DNA of 24,000 bases from Bacteroidales bacterium UBA1309 (GCA_002307185.1 DBTT01000042.1:33606-57605); one strand, 5' to 3'; shown: positions 9,182 to 16,203, counted from the stretch's first letter. Notes: generated from the letters alone by a model not told the origin. Made by a program: numbers and translations.

Positions 9182-9238
9182 ACAGCCAACATGCCAATGA
9201 GATAATTCACGAATTTACAAATCAACAGATTAGCTACA

Positions 9239-9715
9239 ATGACCGAATCACAAGCCTTACATAAATTAGCAGCTTATTGTTCAAAAGCAGAACGCTGCGA
9301 ATGGGACATCCGGAAAAAACTGTCTTCCTGGGAATTTAGCGAGGAATCCTCCTCGACGATCATCGCCCGGTTGAAACAGGAAAAATTCTTGGATGAGGTG
9401 CGTTATACCCACGCATTTGTGAGGGACAAGTCTCGTTTCGGGAAATGGGGCGTGGTGAAGATTGAATTTGAACTTCGTAAAAAGCGGATTTCGGAAACGA
9501 TTATCCGTGAATCTCTTTCAGTATTAGATGAAGAAGATGCTGGTTCAATTTTGGCTGGATTGTTAGCCAAGAAAAATAACTGCGTGAAGGCTCAGGGCAA
9601 TTATGAAAGAAGGGTGAAGCTAATTCGTTTTGCAACTGGCAAAGGGTATAAGATGGACGAAATCATCCGCTGCTTGGATAAAATAGTAAAAGAAGAAGAT
9701 GGGGATTTGGAATGA
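9239..9715 (+). CDS. recX: Regulatory protein RecX
   Basis: 158 aa. It begins MTESQALHKLAAYCSKAERCEWDIRKKL.. and has repeated three-helix RecX modules (..FLDEVRYTHAFVRDKSRFGKWG..). Confidence 0.85.
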   Translation: MTESQALHKLAAYCSKAERCEWDIRKKLSSWEFSEESSSTIIARLKQEKFLDEVRYTHAFVRDKSRFGKWGVVKIEFELRKKRISETIIRESLSVLDEEDAGSILAGLLAKKNNCVKAQGNYERRVKLIRFATGKGYKMDEIIRCLDKIVKEEDGDLE

Positions 9716-10385
9716 TTTTATTCAGTTGTTTTTTCCACGGCTTTGCGTTGCGTGTGAGAAGAAATTAATAGATAGCGAGCAATTCCTTTGCCTCGAATGC
9801 CTTCATTCGCTTCCCCGGACATCTTATATCAGCAGACCGATGAATCCGCTTGAAGTGTTTTTTGCAGGCCGCGTTCCTTTTGAGCGGGTGGCATCGTTTG
9901 CGTATTTCTCGAAGGAGGGAATGTTGCAAAAAATTGTACACGAACTCAAGTATGGCGATAATCCCGAGTTAGGTGAATTTTTAGGAAAGTGGATATACAG
10001 GGAAAATAGCTCGGCCAGTTTTTTTGACTCCATCGACTGCGTTGTGCCGGTGCCTCTTCATCCAAAAAGGCTCGATAAAAGGGGATACAATCAGTCTTAT
10101 CACATTGCGAAAGGCTTAGGGCAATCGTCCGGTATTCCTGTGTTTGCCGATCATTTGGTGCGAGTCATTGATAATCCTTCCCAAACTACACTCGGGCGAA
10201 CGGAGAGGTGGGCAAATGTGAAGAATATCTTTTCTGTAAATAATCCGGATCAATTTCGAGGAAAACACATTTTGCTTGTTGATGATATCTTCACAACAGG
10301 CTCCACCTTGGAATCCTGTGCCAGGCAATTGCTCGAATGCGGAGATGTCAGGCTAAGCATATTGGCGGTGGGTTCCACCATTTGA
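9699..10385 (+). CDS. comF: ComF-family protein (phosphoribosyltransferase-type)
   Basis: 228 aa. The N-terminus has a double CxxC zinc finger (FPRLCVACEKKL...FLCLECLHSL). The C-terminus has a PRTase motif (HILLVDDIFTTGSTLESC). The start overlaps the recX stop by 17 nt. Confidence 0.88.
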   Translation: MGIWNDFIQLFFPRLCVACEKKLIDSEQFLCLECLHSLPRTSYISRPMNPLEVFFAGRVPFERVASFAYFSKEGMLQKIVHELKYGDNPELGEFLGKWIYRENSSASFFDSIDCVVPVPLHPKRLDKRGYNQSYHIAKGLGQSSGIPVFADHLVRVIDNPSQTTLGRTERWANVKNIFSVNNPDQFRGKHILLVDDIFTTGSTLESCARQLLECGDVRLSILAVGSTI

Positions 10386-10518
10386 TATTGTGTTTTGCCA
10401 ATTATTTTCCAACTGTGTATTTCGGCGTCAAGATCATGTGCTACATCTTTGGTTGTGACACATCCATAGGCTTTTGTGTAATTTTCAACTTCAACAGCGA
10501 TTCTTCGCCTATTATTGT

Positions 10519-10526
10519 TATTTTTG
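10519..10526 (+). promoter_or_regulatory. Candidate -7 promoter box (TATTTTTG) for the EIIC gene
   Basis: Matches TAnnTTTG and lies 43 bp upstream of the ATG at 10570. It is the only full match on this strand in the 184-bp comF-EIIC spacer. Confidence 0.3.
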
Positions 10527-10569
10527 CTACTCATGACTGAAATATATTATTAATCTATCGTTATCTGCT

Positions 10570-11979
10570 ATGGAAGAAATCTTTGGTTACATTGTGAAAT
10601 TAGGTGCGTCGGTGATGATGCCTATAATTTTCACAATTTTGGGTATCTGCATTCGAATTAAACCTGCAAAAGCGGTCAAAAGCGGTCTCCTCGTAGGGGT
10701 GGGCTTTGTGGGTCTTTCAATTATTACAAAACTTTTGACAGACTCCTTGGGGCCGGCATTAAGGGCCGTAGTTGAGATATATGGTTTGCAACTGCAAGTT
10801 TTTGACATGGGATGGCCTGCTGCTGCAGGCATAGCCTACAACACCTCTGTTGGTGCATTCATTATTCCTGTTTGCTTGGGTGTGAATTTGTTGATGTTGC
10901 TGACAAAAACCACCAAGACGGTGAATATCGACCTCTGGAACTATTGGCATTTTGCATTTGTTGGGGCTTTGACTTATTTTGCAACCGAAAGTATCTTGTG
11001 GGGATTCTTTAGTGCCATTATTTGTTACATCCTAACCCTTGTCATTGCAGACTGGATGGCGCCCCGTTTTCAAAAGTATTACAAAGACATGGACGGGATT
11101 TCTATTCCACAGCCATTTTGTGGTGGTTTTGCACCTATTGCTTTGGTGCTTAACAAAGCCCTTGACATGATTCCCGGCATTAACAAAATCAATATTGATG
11201 CCGAAGGAATGAAGAAAAAATTTGGTTTACTGGGCGAACCCTTATTTCTTGGGGTTATTGTAGGTTGTGGCATTGGGATATTCGCCCACTACAATGTGCA
11301 GAAAGTGTTGACTTTGGGAGTGGCGATGGGTGCCGTTATGGAATTGATTCCTCGCATTACAAGTTTGTTTATTGAAGGACTCAAGCCTATTTCGGAAGCC
11401 ACAAAAGAACTGATAGCCCGCAAATTCAAGAGAAGTTCAGGCCTCTATATCGGTATGACTCCCGCCTTGGTGATTGGGCATCCCACCACGCTGGTGGTTT
11501 CTCTTTTGCTGATCCCGGTCATCCTTGTTTTGGCGGTAATTCTTCCCGGCAACCAGTTTTTACCTTTGGCATCGTTGGCCGGAATGTTTTATTTGTTTCC
11601 ATTAATTCTTCCAATTACAAAAGGAAATGTGTTTAAATCCTTTATTATCGGACTCATTATTCTTGTGGCGGGACTTTATATAACCACCAACCTAGCTCCT
11701 GCGTTCACAAAGGCGGCAGTGGATGTGTATCAAAATGCTGGCGATCAGTCGGTGAAAGATGCGGTGAAAATTCCTGCCGGATTTTCGGATGCTGCTGCGC
11801 TCGATTTCGCATCCAGTCCGTTTTCTTGGCTGCTCTATCATTTGACCGTCACCATTAAATATGTTGGCCCTGCCATACTGGTGTTGTTCACATTGCTAAT
11901 GATGGTGTGGAACCGGATGAGGATTGTGAAAGAAGGAAAGCTCCATGCAGCTCAACTCGATGCGGAAGTGAGCAAGTAA
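10570..11979 (+). CDS. PTS EIIC permease, galactitol (GatC) family, with no EIIA/EIIB partner in the window
   Basis: 469 aa, polytopic. It appears alignable along its length with E. coli GatC as I remember that sequence. Examples are VMMPIIFTILG.., GxGFVGL, VFDMGWPAAA, NIDLWNYWHF, KKKFGLLGEPLFLG, GMTPALVIGHPTT and LPGNQFLPLASLA. Confidence 0.88.
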   Translation: MEEIFGYIVKLGASVMMPIIFTILGICIRIKPAKAVKSGLLVGVGFVGLSIITKLLTDSLGPALRAVVEIYGLQLQVFDMGWPAAAGIAYNTSVGAFIIPVCLGVNLLMLLTKTTKTVNIDLWNYWHFAFVGALTYFATESILWGFFSAIICYILTLVIADWMAPRFQKYYKDMDGISIPQPFCGGFAPIALVLNKALDMIPGINKINIDAEGMKKKFGLLGEPLFLGVIVGCGIGIFAHYNVQKVLTLGVAMGAVMELIPRITSLFIEGLKPISEATKELIARKFKRSSGLYIGMTPALVIGHPTTLVVSLLLIPVILVLAVILPGNQFLPLASLAGMFYLFPLILPITKGNVFKSFIIGLIILVAGLYITTNLAPAFTKAAVDVYQNAGDQSVKDAVKIPAGFSDAAALDFASSPFSWLLYHLTVTIKYVGPAILVLFTLLMMVWNRMRIVKEGKLHAAQLDAEVSK

Positions 11980-11986
11980 AACAAAT

Positions 11987-12022
11987 GACCTTGTGACCGA
12001 GATAACTCGGTTACAAGGTCAC
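11987..12022. terminator. Bidirectional stem-loop terminator between the convergent EIIC and GH43 genes
   Basis: A 16-bp stem, TGACCTTGTGACCGAG (11987-12002) / CTCGGTTACAAGGTCA (12007-12022), with a 4-nt ATAA loop. On the plus transcript it has one G-U pair; the same position is an A-C mismatch on the minus transcript. It sits between the stops at 11979 and 12041, and T-rich tracts follow on both strands. Confidence 0.7.
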
Positions 12023-12040
12023 AAGGTTACAATTTATTTC

Positions 12041-13951
12041 CTATAGTGTTGGCTTCACTTCTTTAATCGTTCCGTCTGCATTGAATTCCAGGGTGTCGAT
12101 GCACACTTCTCGGTGGAATCCTCCTGCGCCATCCGGCATTTTGATACCATTCGGACGACTGATTCGGTGATACACGATGCGCCATTCGTCTTTGCCTGGG
12201 ATTTGAAGGATAGAGTTATGTCCTGCACCATAAATCCCTTTCGATTCATCTTTTTGGATCACGATATTATTTTTCGGGATCGTTATTGGTCCGACGGGAG
12301 AATCTGAATATCCGTATCTTACCCGGTAGTTCGGGCTGCGTGTGTCGTCTTCCGACCACAAGAAATAATATTTCCCTTGACGGTAGAACACGTAAATTCC
12401 TTCGCGGAAAGTGTTGTCCACAGCAATCGCTTTCAATGTGCTTTTATTCACAGAAACCATGTCCTTGTTGAGTTCAACGGCAGCCATGTATCCATTGCCC
12501 CAATAAAGGTAAGACTTGCCCGATTTTGGGTCGGTGAACACATCCGGGTCAATTTCCTGACCGCCCTTCACGCCTTCGGGTTTGAAGTCGATAAGAGGTT
12601 TTCCCGAATCGGTGAATGGACCTGCAGGATCATCCGCAACGGCAACCCCGATTTTCTGTGCTCCGCAGAAATAATAGTAGTATTTGTATTTTCCCTTCAC
12701 CTTTTTCTCGATGATGCAAGGCGCCCAAGCATTCCGGTTGGCCCAAGTTACATCTTTTTTAAGGTCGAGAATAACACCTTCGTCTTTCCAATCCTTGAGG
12801 TTGGCGGACGAAAATGTTTTGAAGTAATAACCGCTCCAACCGTCAAATCCGTCGCTGGTGGGATAGATGTAATATTTCTTCGTTTTTTCGGAATAAAGCA
12901 CTTCAGGATCCGCGTAATATCCTTCCAGAACTGGATTGTTGTCAGTTGGCAATTCAATGCCGGCAGGCAAGCCCCATTTCTCGGTGAGGACTTTCAGCTC
13001 ACGTCTCGTCACTGGGATAATTGTTCCGTGGCGGGGATGGAAGTCCATCGAAATCTGTTGGTCCACCACCTTGAACACATCCAGGTCGCAGCTTTCGCAG
13101 AATTGGTATTTCCCCTTCATGTACATGTCGTACATCAGGATATAAGAGTCGCTGTTATTGAGTTTGAACACGCTTGAACCTTCCACCGCTTCCCGTGTTT
13201 GTTGCTTGTATCCCGGTTGTTCTATCCATTTTCCCGATGTCAGCGAGTCGGTGAGCGCAAGTCGGATGCCGTTGCCTTGGCCTTCAGTCTTATAGAAAAG
13301 GTGGAAAATGCCGTTTTTATTGATGATGTCGCCATCTATACACGATTTTCCATTTTGGGGGATGAATAATGGTTTAGGGTTGCCTTCCAAATCGGTGAAA
13401 TCCTTGTTAGCATAGGCATAATAGATAATGTCGGGACCGTTTCCATGCTGCATCGACCAATAAATCATGTATTTGCTAACCGATGGGTCGAAAATGGTTT
13501 GCGGAGCCCACACCCGTTTCAGGTTTTCCTGATCGGGATACTTGGTCTGGATGTTGATAATTGAAGACGACCAGTTAATCAAATCGGTCGATTTCAACAA
13601 CACCATCGCCCGGTTGGAATCCCAACCCTTGCTCGAGGTCATGTCGGTGGCCACCATGTAAAAGGTTTTGCCATCTTCTGCCCGAAGGATATGCGGGTCG
13701 CGTACACCACCGGTGGAACTGATTTGTTTCGAGTCAATCACCGGATTATTGCCATTTAAGGCTTTATAGTTATATCCATCCCTACTGATGGCAAAACAAA
13801 TGGCTTCATCTTTCACGTCATTTCCCTTGAAATAGGTGAAAAGATAGCCTGCAAAATCTTTTTCGGTAGGACCTGATTTATAGTCTTGGGAAAATGCTAG
13901 AAACGCTAGCATCGAAAAGAGGAGTGTTGCGATTTTTCTTGTTTTTCTCAT
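12041..13951 (-). CDS. Secreted glycoside hydrolase with two tandem GH43-type five-bladed propeller modules
   Basis: 636 aa with signal peptide MRKTRKIATLLFSMLAFLAFSQ. The N-terminal module (about aa 25-335) contains GGVRDPHILRAEDG, VWAPQTIFD, CIDGDII and EGSSVF. The C-terminal module (about aa 340-636) contains NPVLEGYYADPEVLY, NAWAPCII, EIDPDVF, REGIYVFYRQGKYYFLWSED and GAGHNS. These are typical GH43 Asp/Asp/Glu catalytic contexts. Confidence 0.9.
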   Translation of the reverse strand: MRKTRKIATLLFSMLAFLAFSQDYKSGPTEKDFAGYLFTYFKGNDVKDEAICFAISRDGYNYKALNGNNPVIDSKQISSTGGVRDPHILRAEDGKTFYMVATDMTSSKGWDSNRAMVLLKSTDLINWSSSIINIQTKYPDQENLKRVWAPQTIFDPSVSKYMIYWSMQHGNGPDIIYYAYANKDFTDLEGNPKPLFIPQNGKSCIDGDIINKNGIFHLFYKTEGQGNGIRLALTDSLTSGKWIEQPGYKQQTREAVEGSSVFKLNNSDSYILMYDMYMKGKYQFCESCDLDVFKVVDQQISMDFHPRHGTIIPVTRRELKVLTEKWGLPAGIELPTDNNPVLEGYYADPEVLYSEKTKKYYIYPTSDGFDGWSGYYFKTFSSANLKDWKDEGVILDLKKDVTWANRNAWAPCIIEKKVKGKYKYYYYFCGAQKIGVAVADDPAGPFTDSGKPLIDFKPEGVKGGQEIDPDVFTDPKSGKSYLYWGNGYMAAVELNKDMVSVNKSTLKAIAVDNTFREGIYVFYRQGKYYFLWSEDDTRSPNYRVRYGYSDSPVGPITIPKNNIVIQKDESKGIYGAGHNSILQIPGKDEWRIVYHRISRPNGIKMPDGAGGFHREVCIDTLEFNADGTIKEVKPTL

Positions 13952-13993
13952 TTATTTTATTTTTGATGAATAGCTAACAAGTCTTTCAAACCT

Positions 13994-14001
13994 CAAATAT
14001 A
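13994..14001 (-). promoter_or_regulatory. Candidate -7 promoter box (TATATTTG) for the GH43 gene
   Basis: The reverse strand reads TATATTTG (TAnnTTTG), 43 bp upstream of the GH43 ATG at 13951. Confidence 0.35.
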
Positions 14002-14520
14002 GTGATTTGAAACTTATTCGATGTTAAAAAAACAAGCATAAATGGTATGTATTTCGGTCAAAATGTCCGTTAGTCGTTTGCGATGGTGATGGCTTAGAAA
14101 TTGACTTATAAGAATGTCAATTACCCTATTTTCACCAAATTTATGCTGGATAAACATTTTGCTATTTCGTAATTTGTTGGTTTTATATGAAAAATAGAGG
14201 AATTGGTGTGATCCGCACAATTTTCTTCTTATTCCTTTTGGGGCATCCCGATGAGGCAGGCTACGGAATGTTCGGGACAGGTGAGGATAGCAGGGACAAG
14301 TTTTTTCAAAAAAGGAGTTCTTTTCGGAGTGATTGTTAAAATATTTACATATTTTTACGGAGTGAATTTGCGGAATCGCATTGAAATAGGGGGAAAGGAA
14401 TGGATAATCTTTTGAGCAAAGATAGATCTCTTTAAATCAAAAGATATCAGGTAGAAATTTCAAGCTCCACTTGATGAAATTCCAAGACAAGGCGTTAAAT
14501 AACAATTAATTAAAATTATA

Positions 14521-15048
14521 ATGAAATTGAAAATCGCAATTCTAACTACAACATTGTTTTTCATTACTTCCACAATTTTTGCCCAAACAGTGATGAAAGA
14601 ATACAAGGCGGGCCATGTGTTTGATGTAAGTTTACCCGATTACATGTCGAAAACTACGGGGTTGAACGATGCTGCGAGCATTCAATTTAAAAACTCGGTG
14701 AAGGATATTGCCGGCTTCATTATTTTTGATACGAAGGAAGAGTTGGAATTTGCCAATATGAAATTTTCCTCTGTTAATGAATTCTACGACCTGTTTATTA
14801 AAGACTTTTTGGAGGGGCAAAAAAGCAGGGAAATCTCGCAACCGACCGTTCATACGCTTGGACAAAATAAATATGTGGAATGTGATGCGTCTTATTTCGA
14901 TGAAGAATCAAAGTTAAGCATCTATTACTACGTAGGAATAGTTGAGACGAAGAATGCTTATTACAAATTGCTTTGTTATGGCGGAATGGATAGCAAGGAA
15001 AAGTACAAGGCTGATTTTCAGAAAATTCTTTATAGTATCAAAGATTAA
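14521..15048 (+). CDS. Hypothetical secreted protein
   Basis: 175 aa with signal peptide MKLKIAILTTTLFFITSTIFAQ and a coherent mixed alpha/beta-looking composition. I recognise no family. The pattern ..FDVSLPDYM.. is faintly reminiscent of PsbP/DcrB-like folds, but that is speculation. Confidence 0.7.
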   Translation: MKLKIAILTTTLFFITSTIFAQTVMKEYKAGHVFDVSLPDYMSKTTGLNDAASIQFKNSVKDIAGFIIFDTKEELEFANMKFSSVNEFYDLFIKDFLEGQKSREISQPTVHTLGQNKYVECDASYFDEESKLSIYYYVGIVETKNAYYKLLCYGGMDSKEKYKADFQKILYSIKD

Positions 15049-15066
15049 ATAGCTGTATTTCGCACT

Positions 15067-15095
15067 GGTCGGATGAGACTCAAAGCCATCCGGCC
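15067..15095 (+). terminator. Candidate GC-rich stem-loop downstream of the 175-aa gene
   Basis: GGTCGGATG (15067-15075) pairs with CATCCGGCC (15087-15095): 9 bp with one G-U and an 11-nt loop. It starts 19 bp after the stop at 15048. No U-tract follows. Confidence 0.35.
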
Positions 15096-15115
15096 GGTGG
15101 GGTTCTTCTAATAAG

Positions 15116-15161
15116 ATTCCACTTCTATAGAATGACTTCGAGTCACACCGTAGAGTGGAAT
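15116..15161 (-). terminator. Candidate stem-loop downstream of the HxlR-family gene
   Basis: ATTCCACT (15116-15123) / AGTGGAAT (15154-15161) form a perfect 8-bp inverted repeat. It encloses a small inner hairpin, TGACT-TCG-AGTCA (15133-15145). It starts 7 nt past the stop at 15168. The loop is long and there is no U-tract, so support is weak. Confidence 0.25.
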
Positions 15162-15167
15162 TGCTAT

Positions 15168-15521
15168 TTAGTGTCCCATTTTTTTAGGTTTTATATTTTG
15201 AATAGCCCAATCGTATATAGACTGTATGTATGGTATCATTTCTTGCCCCAATTGTGTAAGCTCATATTCTACTTTTGGCGGAACTTCAGCATAGACTTTT
15301 CTGGAGACGAAGCCGTCCTCTTCAAGTATGTGAAGTGTTGATGAAAGTACTTTGAGTGATATTCCTTCAATACAAGTTGATAGTTCATTAAATCTCATTA
15401 TTCCATTTTCGGACAAGGTGTTGATTAACAGTATCGACCATTTGTCTCCAAATCTGTCCATTACAACTCTAAATGGACACCGTTCGGAGCATAACTTCTT
15501 TTTGTGAAAATCTTTCGGCAT
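15168..15521 (-). CDS. HxlR-family winged-helix transcriptional regulator
   Basis: 117 aa. It contains CPFRVVMDRFGDKWSILLINTL, RFNEL, ISLKVLSSTLHILEEDGFVSRKVYAEVPPKVEYELT and LGQ, the canonical HxlR/MarR-like signature. Confidence 0.9.
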   Translation of the reverse strand: MPKDFHKKKLCSERCPFRVVMDRFGDKWSILLINTLSENGIMRFNELSTCIEGISLKVLSSTLHILEEDGFVSRKVYAEVPPKVEYELTQLGQEMIPYIQSIYDWAIQNIKPKKMGH

Positions 15522-15604
15522 AAGCTATTGATATATAGTAATACTAACCTTTGGGTTAAAATGATACTTGATGGTAACTTGTTGTTTTACAATTGATTTA
15601 TCTA

Positions 15605-15612
15605 TATATTTG
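15605..15612 (+). promoter_or_regulatory. Candidate -7 promoter box (TATATTTG) for the GNAT gene
   Basis: Matches TAnnTTTG, 68 bp upstream of the ATG at 15680 (80 bp upstream of the ATG at 15692), within the divergent HxlR/GNAT spacer. Confidence 0.3.
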
Positions 15613-15679
15613 TGCTTCAAAATTACAATTTTCTTTATTAAGAAAAGCATATTGAATCAATTTTATATATACAAATTAA

Positions 15680-16096
15680 ATGATATTTCAGATGAATATT
15701 ATATTTCAAGACACGAAGGATTTTTGTACAGAAGAATTACAGAGCTTATTTTTATCTGTAGGGTGGTCATCGGGGCAATATCCTGAAAAATTGGTCGTAG
15801 CGATGAAAAACTCCGGTGTTGTGTTTTCGGCATGGGATGGAGGGAAATTAGTAGGGCTTATTAATGCCATGGATGATGGTATAATGAACGCATATATTCA
15901 ATACTTGTTAATAAATCCCGAACATCAAGGCCTGGGAATTGGAAAAAAGCTTGTAACGATGATAAAGGAAAACTACAGCGATTATTTACGTATAATATTG
16001 ATCGCGTATAACAAGGAAATACCTTTTTATCAAAGTTGTGGCTTGGAAGTGGGACAAGATAAAAGTCCGATGTTTATCACATCTCTTTGGACTTGA
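15680..16096 (+). CDS. GNAT-family N-acetyltransferase
   Basis: 138 aa. The acetyl-CoA binding motif is in context ..YIQYLLINPEHQGLGIGKKLVTMI.. (Q/RxxGxG/A), followed by ..FYQSCGLE. An alternative start is the ATG at 15692 (MNIIFQD..). Confidence 0.88.
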   Translation: MIFQMNIIFQDTKDFCTEELQSLFLSVGWSSGQYPEKLVVAMKNSGVVFSAWDGGKLVGLINAMDDGIMNAYIQYLLINPEHQGLGIGKKLVTMIKENYSDYLRIILIAYNKEIPFYQSCGLEVGQDKSPMFITSLWT

Positions 16097-16109
16097 TTAC
16101 AATAAGCAA

Positions 16110-16141
16110 ACAAGCCTGCCTCGCTACTGAGGCAGGCTTGT
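16110..16141. terminator. Bidirectional GC-rich terminator hairpin between the convergent GNAT and hcp genes
   Basis: A perfect 13-bp stem, ACAAGCCTGCCTC (16110-16122) / GAGGCAGGCTTGT (16129-16141), with a 6-nt loop. It sits between the stops at 16096 and 16204. Confidence 0.75.
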
Positions 16142-16203
16142 TCCGAGTACGGATTCAAGTCCATAGCAGAGTGTCATATTGTATTTTGGTGTCAGGCCTC
16201 AGG

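Noticed and set aside
8516-9197. 104-aa and 106-aa minus-strand ORFs and a 71-aa plus-strand ORF
   Set aside because: They lie inside prmC (antisense or alternate frame), and the NPPY-containing frame explains the region.
12377-13177. 266-aa plus-strand ORF
   Set aside because: It lies entirely antisense to the well-supported GH43 gene. Its translation is low-complexity and His/Arg/Phe/Val-rich with no recognisable motif, so I read it as a shadow ORF.
14014-14220. 68-aa minus-strand ORF in the long spacer
   Set aside because: There is no recognisable homology, and the sequence is AT-rich. The ORF ends just upstream of the predicted GH43 promoter box with no promoter box of its own. I treat the region as non-coding, flagged as a finding rather than a CDS.
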